64,000 nucleotides of DNA from Laetmonice hystrix. Taxonomy: Eukaryota. Positions 35,415 through 46,400 of this stretch are shown piece after piece. The DNA is taken from contig OZ249445.1 of the NCBI GenBank assembly GCA_965235115.1, forward strand, positions 4,216,001-4,280,000, given 5' to 3'. The notes under the pieces were generated by a model. The model ran no database searches and was not told the DNA's origin. It saw nothing but the letters and a program-made list of their open reading frames with translations. How positions within the stretch are numbered: the stretch's first letter is position 1; each line of letters opens with the position of its first letter. The position numbers and the translations under genes were made by a program.

Positions 35415-38400
35415 ATGGGACGATCCAAGCCAACCTCCAAGTCCCAGTCCAGGTCACGATCAAGATCAAGGTCACGTCATCGCGAGCGGCGACATCGCAG
35501 CAGGTCTCGTAGTCGCAGTGTCAGCACCAGCTCAGAGGATGATGGTTTTCGTATCCATGTGGCAGACTTGGGTATAGACTGCTCCAAGCGAGAGCTTGAG
35601 AATGCCTTTAAGAAGTTTGGCCCCCTCCTTGAAGTTTGGTTGGCACACAACCCACCCTGCTTTGCCTTCGTTGTGTTCCAGTATCGTGAGGATGCTGAAG
35701 AAGCCATCCAAAATATGAACGGAAAGTAGGTAGCATTTGGTAAAAGTGTTAAAACTTGGCTACCATTATCTTGTCCCTGGTATACATTGTAAGGAATCAC
35801 TGTGTCAATGTGTTTTATGGGTCCATATTGATCTTGGTTTTAAAAATTAAAAGTGTCACATATAAAAGCTGTTTTATAGCCCTGTCATTTTCCAAGTTTT
35901 TACCTTCTGCCTCTCACAGTGTCAGGTGGTGTACTATTACTGTGTCTTGGATACTAAGTCTCCAGAACATACCCTTGTATATTGTATGGTGGTGTTTCTC
36001 AATCTCTGTCTGTGCCAATACTTCTTACCTCACTTTGCTGTAACAGCTGTCCCCTTAAAAACGTTTTATGTGAAAATACTTGTAAAGAACCAGTTGTATG
36101 ATATAACTTATTATCCTATCTGTCCTAGTTCTATTTCAAGACGTAATTAATATAGCATAGTTTTTAAATAATTGATGCCTGGTTATGTGCAGTGTTTCTC
36201 TTCAGTATGCCAGTGTTTGACGTGACCTAACCTGACCTATTTCTTTGATTGTTGTCTCCCAGGCAGATATGTGGTTCACGGATCAAAGTGAGCCTGGCCA
36301 GGCCAAGGACACGGGGTCTGCAGCGGAAGCGGGGGTTTGACCCCAACTTACGATGCTATCAGTGCGGAGAGTGTGGCCACTTCTCCCGTGATTGTGACCA
36401 GGTGTGGCGGTTACGTAAACAGCAACCGCCAGGCTCAAGGTCAGTCAGCGCTCACGGTTGCTTTCATTAATTCATACCGGCCAGCCTTTCTGTATAATGT
36501 TGAATTTTGATAAAACATTTATATTCCTCATTGCTCTCCTGATATAATAGATTCACAAAATTCACAGAACAAGTATACATTTACTCTCTTTACCATCAAA
36601 GGCAAATTTTCACTGGCAAGCAACATGGCAGCACCGTGTTGTTGGTTTAAAGTGGAAAGAAAGAGAATGACACTTGAATTAGGATGAAATCGAATCTACG
36701 ATATCTGAAAACATTCTCAAATTTATTCTTTTTGATGATTCTACATTCAGTTGACCAAATGTTGGCAAGTATGTGAATTGAACACAAAAGCCCTTAAACT
36801 CTCAAGCATGTGGAGGCAGTATAGCTATTTGTATAATAATTATTTTAAAAAAAATAAAGTAATTAAGTGCTTCTTTTAGGTAAAGACCAAACTAATCACT
36901 AATAGATGGAAGCTTGTTTGCCCAAAGCCTTATGTATTAATAATATCAAAATTCTTATGAGAAGGAGCATAATGTAATGGTGATAAAACAGTCTGCTGGA
37001 GTCATATTGACTTACTTTAATGCATACAATGTTGTTGAAGTAGAGAACTTCAAGACACCAATTGTGATTATCAGCAGGGCTGGCCCGCTGCGCTTCAACT
37101 TGAGTGAACACTGGGAAATCTCAGACGATGATATTATCAACTTCAACAGGTGGGTGTTAGCAAAACTGCTATTTATATAGAAATATACTTTCCTTTGTTG
37201 CATACAATGGGCAGGTGTGGTGATATCCAATGCACTAATGGTGAGAGTACCCCGGGCCAGGCAGGCTGGTAGTCATGAGTTTATAGCTGTGAGCAGAATG
37301 AGATGTATGTAAGGCATTAGGTAATGATGCCTGACAGACCTGTTGGTTCTCTTATGATATTCATTTATACATTACCCGACAGACATAATGAATGATAGTC
37401 CTTGAGTCAGGATACATGTAGCCAAGGCAATCCAATATTGATAAATTCAGTGAAGTAACAATGTGACTGTCCTTGAGAATAACATATCTTGACATTTGCC
37501 TTTCAGCCTTAAGGCCCTGATCCACTGAGGCGATTGTCTTTGTGATGTCCATGCGATTTTGACATTACTCTTTTACTTTACTGTGACTTTGAGATTAAAG
37601 GATGGAGGCCATTTCCAGAAACAGGGAAGGCCAGCCAGGAAAAATTACAGTGAAATTCCACTATTAAATAAAAAATCGCATGGACGTCGCAATGGAAATC
37701 CCCTTAGTAGATCGGGCACTTTGAAGCGGCAGTCTCCTCATTAAATTGGTTAGATATTGGGGCCATGTTTTTCTGTTCTATTAATGTCTCAGTTTCAAGT
37801 CAACTGTGCAATCCTAGTTGAAAATATCATACTCATTAGCTGAAATTGAAGTGAGCAAGATCTTATATACGAGATGGCTCAAGTGACTTTAGATAAAGTC
37901 ACTGTGTAAGGCCCGCCACACACTATACGATTCCCAGTCGGCGCCCCCGCACACTATACGACTTGAGTCGTAAGTCCCCGCACACTTTGAGATCCGACTG
38001 TTGGTGACTGTGATCCGATTCAAAATTCCAATTGTTGTTTGGGGCCTTGCGACCCCTTCTGATCATCGTAAGCAAGTCATAAGCGGGTTGTAAGCCCCAG
38101 AATGCGATCGGATCATAGGAAAATCGTATAATGTGCGGCGGGCATAAGAGTTGGAATAATATCGCTCAGTTGACTGCAAGGGCACAGTGTAAGGGCTGGA
38201 AGAATATACATCAAATTTTACATGCAAACTGTGGTGTATAGCACCAAAGAGGAATTTTACATGCACATTTTGGTCACCCAATGACTTCCGCTGATGAGAC
38301 TGTCGCTTTAGCCATTTTAAAAATAAATATCTGTTAACCCTTTCCAGACGGACCGGCCAAATTTGGCCGGTGAATTTGCATTAGAATTGGTATAAAATAG

Positions 38401-39943
38401 AAAACAAATCAGTCTGGAAAGGGTTAATACGTGAGAGTGCTGCTCAGCTGGCCTCCAACATGAGACGTCTGAGTGATACCAAGACCATTTTTCCAATCAG
38501 GCGTGACTAAGTGGTGCCTATGGTGATGAGACCTGGGTTGTGGGCTGGTGGTGTGAAGTATAAAATGGTCATTGTAAGGTTGTCATGGGCAACGACTGCC
38601 ACGGCGGCTGCTGCATTTGAGGTGATTGTTTCTCCGTCTGCTTCGTCTGTTGTCTGCAAAGAACGGTATGGTTGTGATATCACTGGTGAAAAAGGTTGAT
38701 TTTGACATTGTCACAATGTGCCACTGACCTTGACCCAGATAGACAGAATAATGTTAAAATCCATTTGACAAAAGAGTAAGGCAGTAGAGGTGAGGGATTG
38801 GCCTCCACCACTGTGTAAAACGGGTCACATGGGCTCTTCCATGTCAAACTTTCTGTCAAACTCAGTCCTCTAGTGACTAAGATTTTATCATTGAACACAT
38901 TTCTCACTGATGATGTCTTGCACCACTTCTGTCCAGTACAGAATAAGGTTAAATGATGATGTAACGTTTCCCCAGAGGGAGGCTTCCAAGAGTCAATAAT
39001 TTGTTAAGAGAAGGGTTGTCAAAATAACATTTTTGTCCATGAATGTGGTTGTGACGGTAATTCACAAAAGATTTCAAAGGTTTCCTTTCTCCTCTTTACA
39101 GAACACCATCAAGGTCAAAATCGAGATCCCGCTCTCGATCAAGGTCAAGATCGAAGTCAAGAAGTTCAAGACACAAAAAGTCGAAGCATAGAAAGTCATC
39201 CCGATCTAAAGAAGGGTCACGTCACAAGAAAAGATCTCACAAAGATAAAAAAGAAAAGCATGAGAGGTAGGCACATCCGTACATTTGACAAGTGACAAGA
39301 TGACACGAGATTCTATGTTGATAACATAATGTGAAACAAAACCCTACTGACAACTTCAGGAGGGGTCTCAAGTCTCCTGAAATGCAATGTAATCTCTTGT
39401 ATTGGTTGTAGCTCAAAGGATAGATCAAAGAGATCCGACGAAACTTCAGAGAAGCCGGCAGCGAATGATAATGAGATAGCAGCTCCAATGGATGTGGTGG
39501 AGACTTCAGCGACAGAGGCAGCACCTAGACCTGAAGCCAGTCTATCCGTGAACACTGAGGCTAAGTCAGTAAGCAGTTCTTGTGTTCCGCCCAGTGAAGG
39601 CAGTAGTAGTGTGGCCATTGAACCTAGTCTGAGAGATGTCAGTAGTCGGCACCTACCGTTAGGTGACCGGAATTCCACACTGGCCACCGGGTCGGAGCTA
39701 ACTTCAGCAGGGGAAACACCAAACAAAGTCATAACACCTGAACCAGATGTTACATTACCTGTTGTGTCACCTGAGAAACCCACCGGAGGAAAAATTATTC
39801 CCACAACCACTGCTGGTTTGGTATCCCCCTCCCAGAAAGCCATTTCACCCTCGGCAGTGAAGCTGACCATCATGTCATCCAACAAGATGACTATGATTCC
39901 ACGAGTCGTCACAGTCAGTGCTAACAATAGAATCCAGTCTTAA
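35415..39943 (+). CDS. Atypical SRSF3/7-family paralog: N-terminal RS, RRM, Zn knuckle, RS/basic region, S/T/P-rich tail; exons 35415..35725, 36263..36439, 39102..39266, 39412..39943 (about 394 aa)
   Basis: [35 protein letters not shown], then RIHVADL...WLAHNPPCFAFVVF and ICGSRIKVSL...FDPNLRCYQCGECGHFSRDC. Phase-2 introns sit at the same positions as in the other two paralogs. The 1185-nt frame is open to TAA at 39941-39943. Confidence 0.88.
36880..37149 (+). other. Candidate poison/alternative cassette exon of the atypical SR paralog
   Basis: Acceptor ttcttttag| at 36879 gives AGG then TAA; donor aacag|gtgggt at 37149. ATG 36977 opens 57 codons that reach the donor in phase 2. Confidence 0.4.
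37910..38144. mobile_element. PIF/Harbinger-like MITE
   Basis: TAA|ggcccgccacacactatacgatt ... aatcgtataatgtgcggcgggca|TAA; termini related to the 27723 element. Confidence 0.8.
38338..38423. mobile_element. 86-bp piggyBac-like MITE
   Basis: TTAA|ccctttccagac ... gtctggaaaggg|TTAA: perfect 12-bp TIR, CCC/GGG ends and TTAA on both sides. Confidence 0.8.
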
Positions 39944-39963
39944 GCCAATGCATCTAGCGTCAG

Positions 39964-39969
39964 AATAAA
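39964..39969 (+). terminator. Candidate polyadenylation signal of the atypical SR paralog
   Basis: AATAAA 20 nt after the stop codon; motif only. Confidence 0.3.
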
Positions 39970-40190
39970 GCATTTCCCTTGTCCGAAATATATCTGGCCA
40001 AATTAAAAAAAAAAAAGTATAATAAGCATGGGTTCTGTTGATTGACTTTTTCAATTGCCTTGGAATGTTGAGGACTTAGGAATGGAGTTAATACTGGCCG
40101 TGTAGGGAGGTTTTCTACATATGGTTAATATGTTTAAAAACGTCTTTACCTTGCTCTTGTCATTTGTGGCGTGCTTTAAATAGGGATTAT

Positions 40191-40277
40191 GTATCAGACC
40201 TCTAGTGTAAGTATCAGGACTCTAGTGTAAGTATCAAGACTCTAGTGTAAGTATCAAGACTCTAATGTAAGTATCAA
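40191..40277. repeat. 20-bp tandem repeat, about 4.3 copies
   Basis: Unit gtatca(a/g)gactctagtgtaa; GTAAGTAT recurs at 40207, 40227, 40247 and 40267. Confidence 0.85.
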
Positions 40278-43200
40278 ACAGTAGTAGAGGAACCTAAGGA
40301 ACTGTCGGAAGTTGATTTTTTCCAAATCAAGTGAGAAAAAAATCATTTTATGACAATTTAGGGGGATATCGGGACTGAATGTTGCTACACCAAAACATTT
40401 TGTAATGTTGGCAGGTCTGCATTTATGTACCGGGTACTGTCAAATACAATTCCAATTGTAGGTGCACAGCTGAAATACCGGTAGTATTTTAAGGTCCAGA
40501 GTTAAATACAGATGTTTTAAGGGATGTAGTTTTAGTCAGATGTCAGGTTTTGAGTTCTGGTAAAGAAACATTTGTATATTACAGGTATTACTGGCTACAG
40601 TCTATTATACATGTAGATTTCACTAGACAGTGGGTACATCTAAAACTTTCACGATCCAAATGCCACAATGTTGTCGTTAGGCTTTGCAATAAGTTCTACT
40701 ACTATTATAATTATTGATTTCCTGGTAATTTATATCAATCTTTGTAGTGAAGTCTAATCATGCTTAAACCTGCCAACCATAATGTCTACACAAGATGAAC
40801 CAGTTGGAGTATAAAGAAATGTACAGTGTATCATGTTTGGGGACTTGACATCCCTGTATAGTAACGTCAATACTATTTTGTGAGGATTAGGCCATCCCAG
40901 AACTGTGCTTGCTACTTGTTGATTATGTGCTCCTGCTTTTTGTTTTTGTATCTGGTCAGTTTGCTGCCATATAAATCCGGGTCAGTGATTTCGTGACAGA
41001 ATTAATGTGGCCTTACTATAGCTAGGTAAGGGAATTAAGTAATTTTGTTTACTTAATTATTATTATTATTACATGTATTGACCATTGAAAATCTTAAGTC
41101 TTAAGCATCTCATATAGTGTGGTGAGGTAATTTGAGCGTATGAAATTAACTCGTACAGATTACTGGTGTTCCCCCCCCAATTTGGATTGTTATTAGGGAG
41201 AGCAAAATCACTACTGCTTGTGATTGCAAATAAGTGATTTTCGAGAAAATTACTTATGCCGTGTATAGACAACCAGTGTAGTATTGAACGTGGCCTTACA
41301 AAATATGATTGTGGAGTGTTGCTTCAAGATCTCTATTGGGATACTTAGGTTAGAGAATTATAATTACTCAGCCTAGTCTATATGGGCCTTAGTAACTGAG
41401 ATGTAATCATTATCCTCTCAATGTTAAGCAATGCCATCCCGAAGTGTTCGCCTCAGACCTTGTAGTTGCAAACATTGTTCACACACTGGTATGTATGATA
41501 ATAAATCGTCCGTCTATATGTCACACCAAGGCTTTATTTCATTGGTCTGCGATTTTTCTTTAGTTGCAGGCGCAACCCGTTACTTTCAGAATGTCCGATG
41601 CGTTGCCTGTTAGTCTTTGTAAATTAGGCCTTTAAATCTGTAAAATATGCCTCTAGCCTCTGGGTAAAGTGCCCTCAAACACTGTATTAAATAGGTACAC
41701 CTATCTGGTTCACACTGGCCCCAGGTCCGGTTTTCGGGTCAAACACGTTTGGCCCCCAAGCGGTAACCTCGGAGACTGGTTCTTACGTATAAATTAATAA
41801 ATATACTGAACGGCAATGAAAACGGATAGGTTCAAATGCATTGTCATCACTAGTAGGATGTGCAAAGTGTCTTAGGTGAGAACAGGAATGTTGTATTCTG
41901 AGTAGTCTATTCCGTTGAGTTATTCCATAGACGTTATTCGATACTGACACAGCTTCTTGTCAAATATCAAATGTGAATATTCCTTTTCAAATAAATATTT
42001 GAGCTATATTTTCAGCATCTGCGTTTTCATTGCCGTTCAGTATACATGTACTAACGTCCAAGTTGTCCCCCGCCCCCCTCCCCTACGTCCCTGGTCAAGA
42101 CGTGTGTATTTCAAGAATTCGGATCTGGGGCCATTTCACATGGGCAGCGTTCAATGCTAAAGCGCCACCTATTGATGCCTTTTTTAACCTACCCAACGGG
42201 TCGAATTGTACATGTCTATTTTATATTCCACGCCCTAAAGTTTTCTGATGAAGATGGGGGGGGGGGGGGGGCAAAAAAGGCCATCTCGTAATTACTTCTG
42301 TCGGAGTTTGGGGCTCATTACCTGGGAAAGAAAACCATTTTAACACTGGAATATATGTCATTTTTTTAACTTTTATTTTGATACGAACTTCAGCTGCCAA
42401 GAAGTCCTGATAATCTCCAAAGGCTTTCCAACCTTAGAGAATCCAAATCTTGACCAGCATTCTGTGGTCCCTTATTGTGAATAATACACTGTGACATTAT
42501 CAAACTGAACTTTCTCATAAAATCTTGTTAAAATACAGGAGTATATGCCATCCATGACAGCACGAATGCTGTGTTTTCCCCTAAAACCATTGACTTAAGA
42601 AAGCTTAAAACTCCCAATTAATAATTCTTCGACCTAAATAACTGGCATATTTTGACAGTAATGGTTTCCACAAATCTACTGGAAAAATAAGATACAGGTA
42701 CGTCTAAAGTGAAACTGTTTACAGGTACACAACTTAAGTTTGCATTCACAAGTAGACTTTACAGTATTTACGAGTCCCAGTTCGAGTTTGGCAAGTAACA
42801 GCACACAAGACGAGGACTTCTCTTCAAATATCCCGGTTGCCAGTGTATTTACAGAACAAATTTTGACACCTACCACAGGGCCAAAATCTTATGAAATCAT
42901 TGCATAAATAACGAGTCCTACCGTGGCTAAGCTTACAATGAAACATCCCCGTGACATCAGTTGTTGCTACTGTAACCTCTATATTACTGTAATAAAGTAG
43001 AAAATACACCAAACCTGCTGGCTACGTCGACTTAATACAAGACAGGAGTGTTATGTGCAAAATACAATGACAATTCCCAAGCAAAACTTAACCGATAAAC
43101 TGGCTAACTTCCCGGCAGCTACTATGCACCAGTCCTTTCATGGTACATTTTGCACTCTAATAATGCGCTGTACAGGCAGTTCTAAAAATTTCTTTTGAAT

Positions 43201-43468
43201 TTAGTAAAGGCATTTCTCAAGCCTGGACCTCCAACATATATACAAATACCAGTTCTTTTCCAGACTACCCAAACTGGAACAGGAAATCTGCACCAATGAG
43301 CATATACACCGGCTGCCGATTCCTCGCCCCCCCCCCCCTCCCTCCAACCCTGCTAAAATGAGAAAGAAAAGTTTGTACCCAAAAAGAATGATAACCGTGT
43401 TCATTCCCCACTTAACCCTCTTCAATAGAAAGATCCAGTACCGAACACTAGTATTTTCCACATTGGGT

Positions 43469-46400
43469 TCAATAGTTATCCCCTTCCCCATTTGCCTGTC
43501 TATGCGTTTCATCTTCTGAAACATTTGAAGTTACACTAGCTTTTTTCTCATGTCTCGAGTCCGTTTTTTCACCATTCGTTTTGCCCTTTACATTTGCCTC
43601 CCGGTCAAGGCTATCCCTCTTCGATTTGTCTATGGACCTTGACCTTGATCTTGATCTTCCACGGGACCCACTTTTGTTCAGATCGGTTGATCTCGACCTC
43701 GATTTTGTTTTTGAACCCTTTATTGTCGGCGACTTGGAGCGTGACTTAGACTTCACTTTCCTGGACAGGTCTCTCCCGAAGCGATCAAGCGAACCTTCCT
43801 GTGATGCCGACCTGTCCCTGTAAAACATCAACGTAGCAAATTGAAATGTAACGTAACAAATTGAAGTATGCGAAGTTATGTTCAAAACTTTCACATATAC
43901 AACAAAGTCTAAATAATAAATGAAACGCCTTTTTGTTCATGGACTTCTGATAGCTTCCATTCTAACGTTGTCAAAAGTTCAGCATAAATTTCTCCGGAGG
44001 GCTATATAGGAGGCTGAGTACGACATCCAAACTGGCACAAGAACAATGTCAATTGAATCTCTCCAATGAACTTTGAAAATGGGCTACAATATGATATTTA
44101 AACTTGAAGCCAAAACTTCTCTAACTCCGCGTCAATAGCTTGCATCTAATCAACCAATATCCTTGCGACAAAGAACGCCTCAAAAAGACTCAACAGCCTC
44201 TACCTTTTCATTACAAATCTTCACACCAGTAAGCCAAGTACAAATGCCAGCTTCACTTGCACCTAAACATATACGTTTATGCATTACAACACTCTTTATT
44301 TCTAGTCGTTTTAACTCGAAACTCTTAGTTTCGGTGCCTGTAATAAACGGTTACTGAACAGTGGATAACATGCTAAACATATAGTCGCAGCACACCCAAT
44401 GTGTGCTTGGTGATGCAGTCGTGTTGTTCAAGGATGTGATTTCCATCGATGGCAGTTTAGGATGCATGTCGTTTAATGCCGAGAGTGGAAATAAATAGTC
44501 TGAGTCTACAGGAAAGGTTAATGTAAAGCCAATCAAAACATTAAAATTCCACCGCAGAGCTGACTGATGCAGATGAAATTGATGGAGAAGTGTCATGCAG
44601 TGGTCGTAATTCTCATCGTACGAGTGTAGAGCATTGAAGAATGGCCTTTTATTCCTGCACACTTGCTCCAACGCTGGATGAAGTTACATAAATTGATCCA
44701 ACGAAGGCAAATTTTGAAGTGCGTCGAATGAAGCTTAGACATGATGATCCAGTTGGAGGTAAATTTTGAAGGATAGTTGATATGACGATGGGTTCATATT
44801 TGCTGTCATTTTAAAAAGCATGAGTTGGTGGATTTGGCTGGTCCCTCGATGGCAAGTATGGTCAGTCAAAACAAGTCACCCAGTCTCCTGCAAAGCTACC
44901 CTATGGGTAAGATTTGATTGAAAATAATAAGGAAATTCTGCACCTGATGTGCTGCCGTTTCTGCTGACGACATCTGCCCTGTATCCAACTGTAGGGTGCT
45001 GAGTCGACTGGCCGATGGTCCAGCGCAGAGTTGTCCTCTGAGCCACTACTTACAAATGGCTGCTGAAGAGCAGTATACAGAAGTGTAGTGCTGTTATGTG
45101 ATGCGTAGTGTGTTGGTGTTTGTACTGAGCGGGGTTGGTGGTGATTCCGTGGTGCACGCTGACTTTGTACTTTGTCACAGGTCAAGACTCCATGACATTA
45201 TGGAAATCTATCAAGACCACATACTTCAAAGTGACAAGTAACTTCCAAAGGCTACAGGATAAAACACGCCTATGTCACTGTCACCACCACAACACAGGAC
45301 CTGTCGCCGCTTCAAGCAAAAGTCAAACAAAGATGTTCTGACTCATGCAGCTACAGACAGTGGGACCTACTACGGAGCTACATTAGGGAAGCGTGTACCC
45401 AATTTGAGTCAAAAAGCGCAAGAGACTATCAATGGCATGCGGGGACAAGACCATGTTTAAAGGAAAGTACGGATGACAACACACGCATACATCTCATACC
45501 ATGGCTGAATCCAACTTCCACTATCAACTAAACCAACTTAAAGTGGCCTGAAGAGAAAACCAATGGTAATGTCCAAAACGGCACAATTCCCCAGTTACTC
45601 TCTGAACTGTAAAAAAAAAAAACACTTTCAGTGTAGTTTCTTGTGTACAGGTTTTTTCGGGAACATTGGTTTCAGCACAAACATTCACACTATTTCGCCC
45701 CAGGACAACAATGATGTGTTAGGTTAGTTCGCCAGAACCTATTTTTCCACATAAACTGTCCTTTTCTGCTGTCGTGAGACCACCTTTGCCACCGCGGATC
45801 ACAAAGGCCAAGTTTCCAAGTTTTCTTTGTGACTCAAAGGGTGAGACACTTTTTTTTTAAATATTGGCGACGGCGGTCGTCAGTCTGGCAGCAGCAAAGA
45901 CAACTTTTGAGGACTTTCCTTCCCTCTCTTTGACTTTAGTCACTTACGTGGGGTGGAAAGGCACTAGTGTGTTGGCGATTCAGTTCTTTGATGTGGAAGT
46001 TCTTCAAATGAGACAGAGGGGGAAAGGGGAAAATCATGAGTTTCTACTTTTCAGTTAATACATGAAACCATACGTAAAAGATAACCATTTCAACGTTGAA
46101 AAAGAGTTAGTTTCATAAAATCCATCAATTCTGAATTTATCGCATGAACAATAATTATTACTATCATGAATTACTTTGATAAACATTCTTACTGGCCAAA
46201 TCGCCTTCGTTTGTATACATTATAACTTTTTTTCTAGTACAAGTTTGAACGTTATGCTGTTTCCACACACACTGAACAAAGTAGAACTACAATTATAACG
46301 TCTTGGAATAGGGCAGTCTGTATCCTTTCTGTCTAGCTTGCAAGGATCAAGCCACCACACCAGATAGCACGACAGACAAAAAGAGCCCCTTGGTGATTAT

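Noticed and set aside
38490-38670. Possible antisense exon (ttctttgcag|acaacagacgaagc..., reading DNRRSRRR in one frame) inside the atypical paralog's intron
   Set aside because: The Arg-rich frame does not fit the phase-2 exons of the minus-strand gene, and no donor or upstream partner was found.
39313-39927. 204-aa antisense ORF
   Set aside because: It mirrors the low-complexity coding tail of the atypical SR paralog; no independent start or homology evidence.
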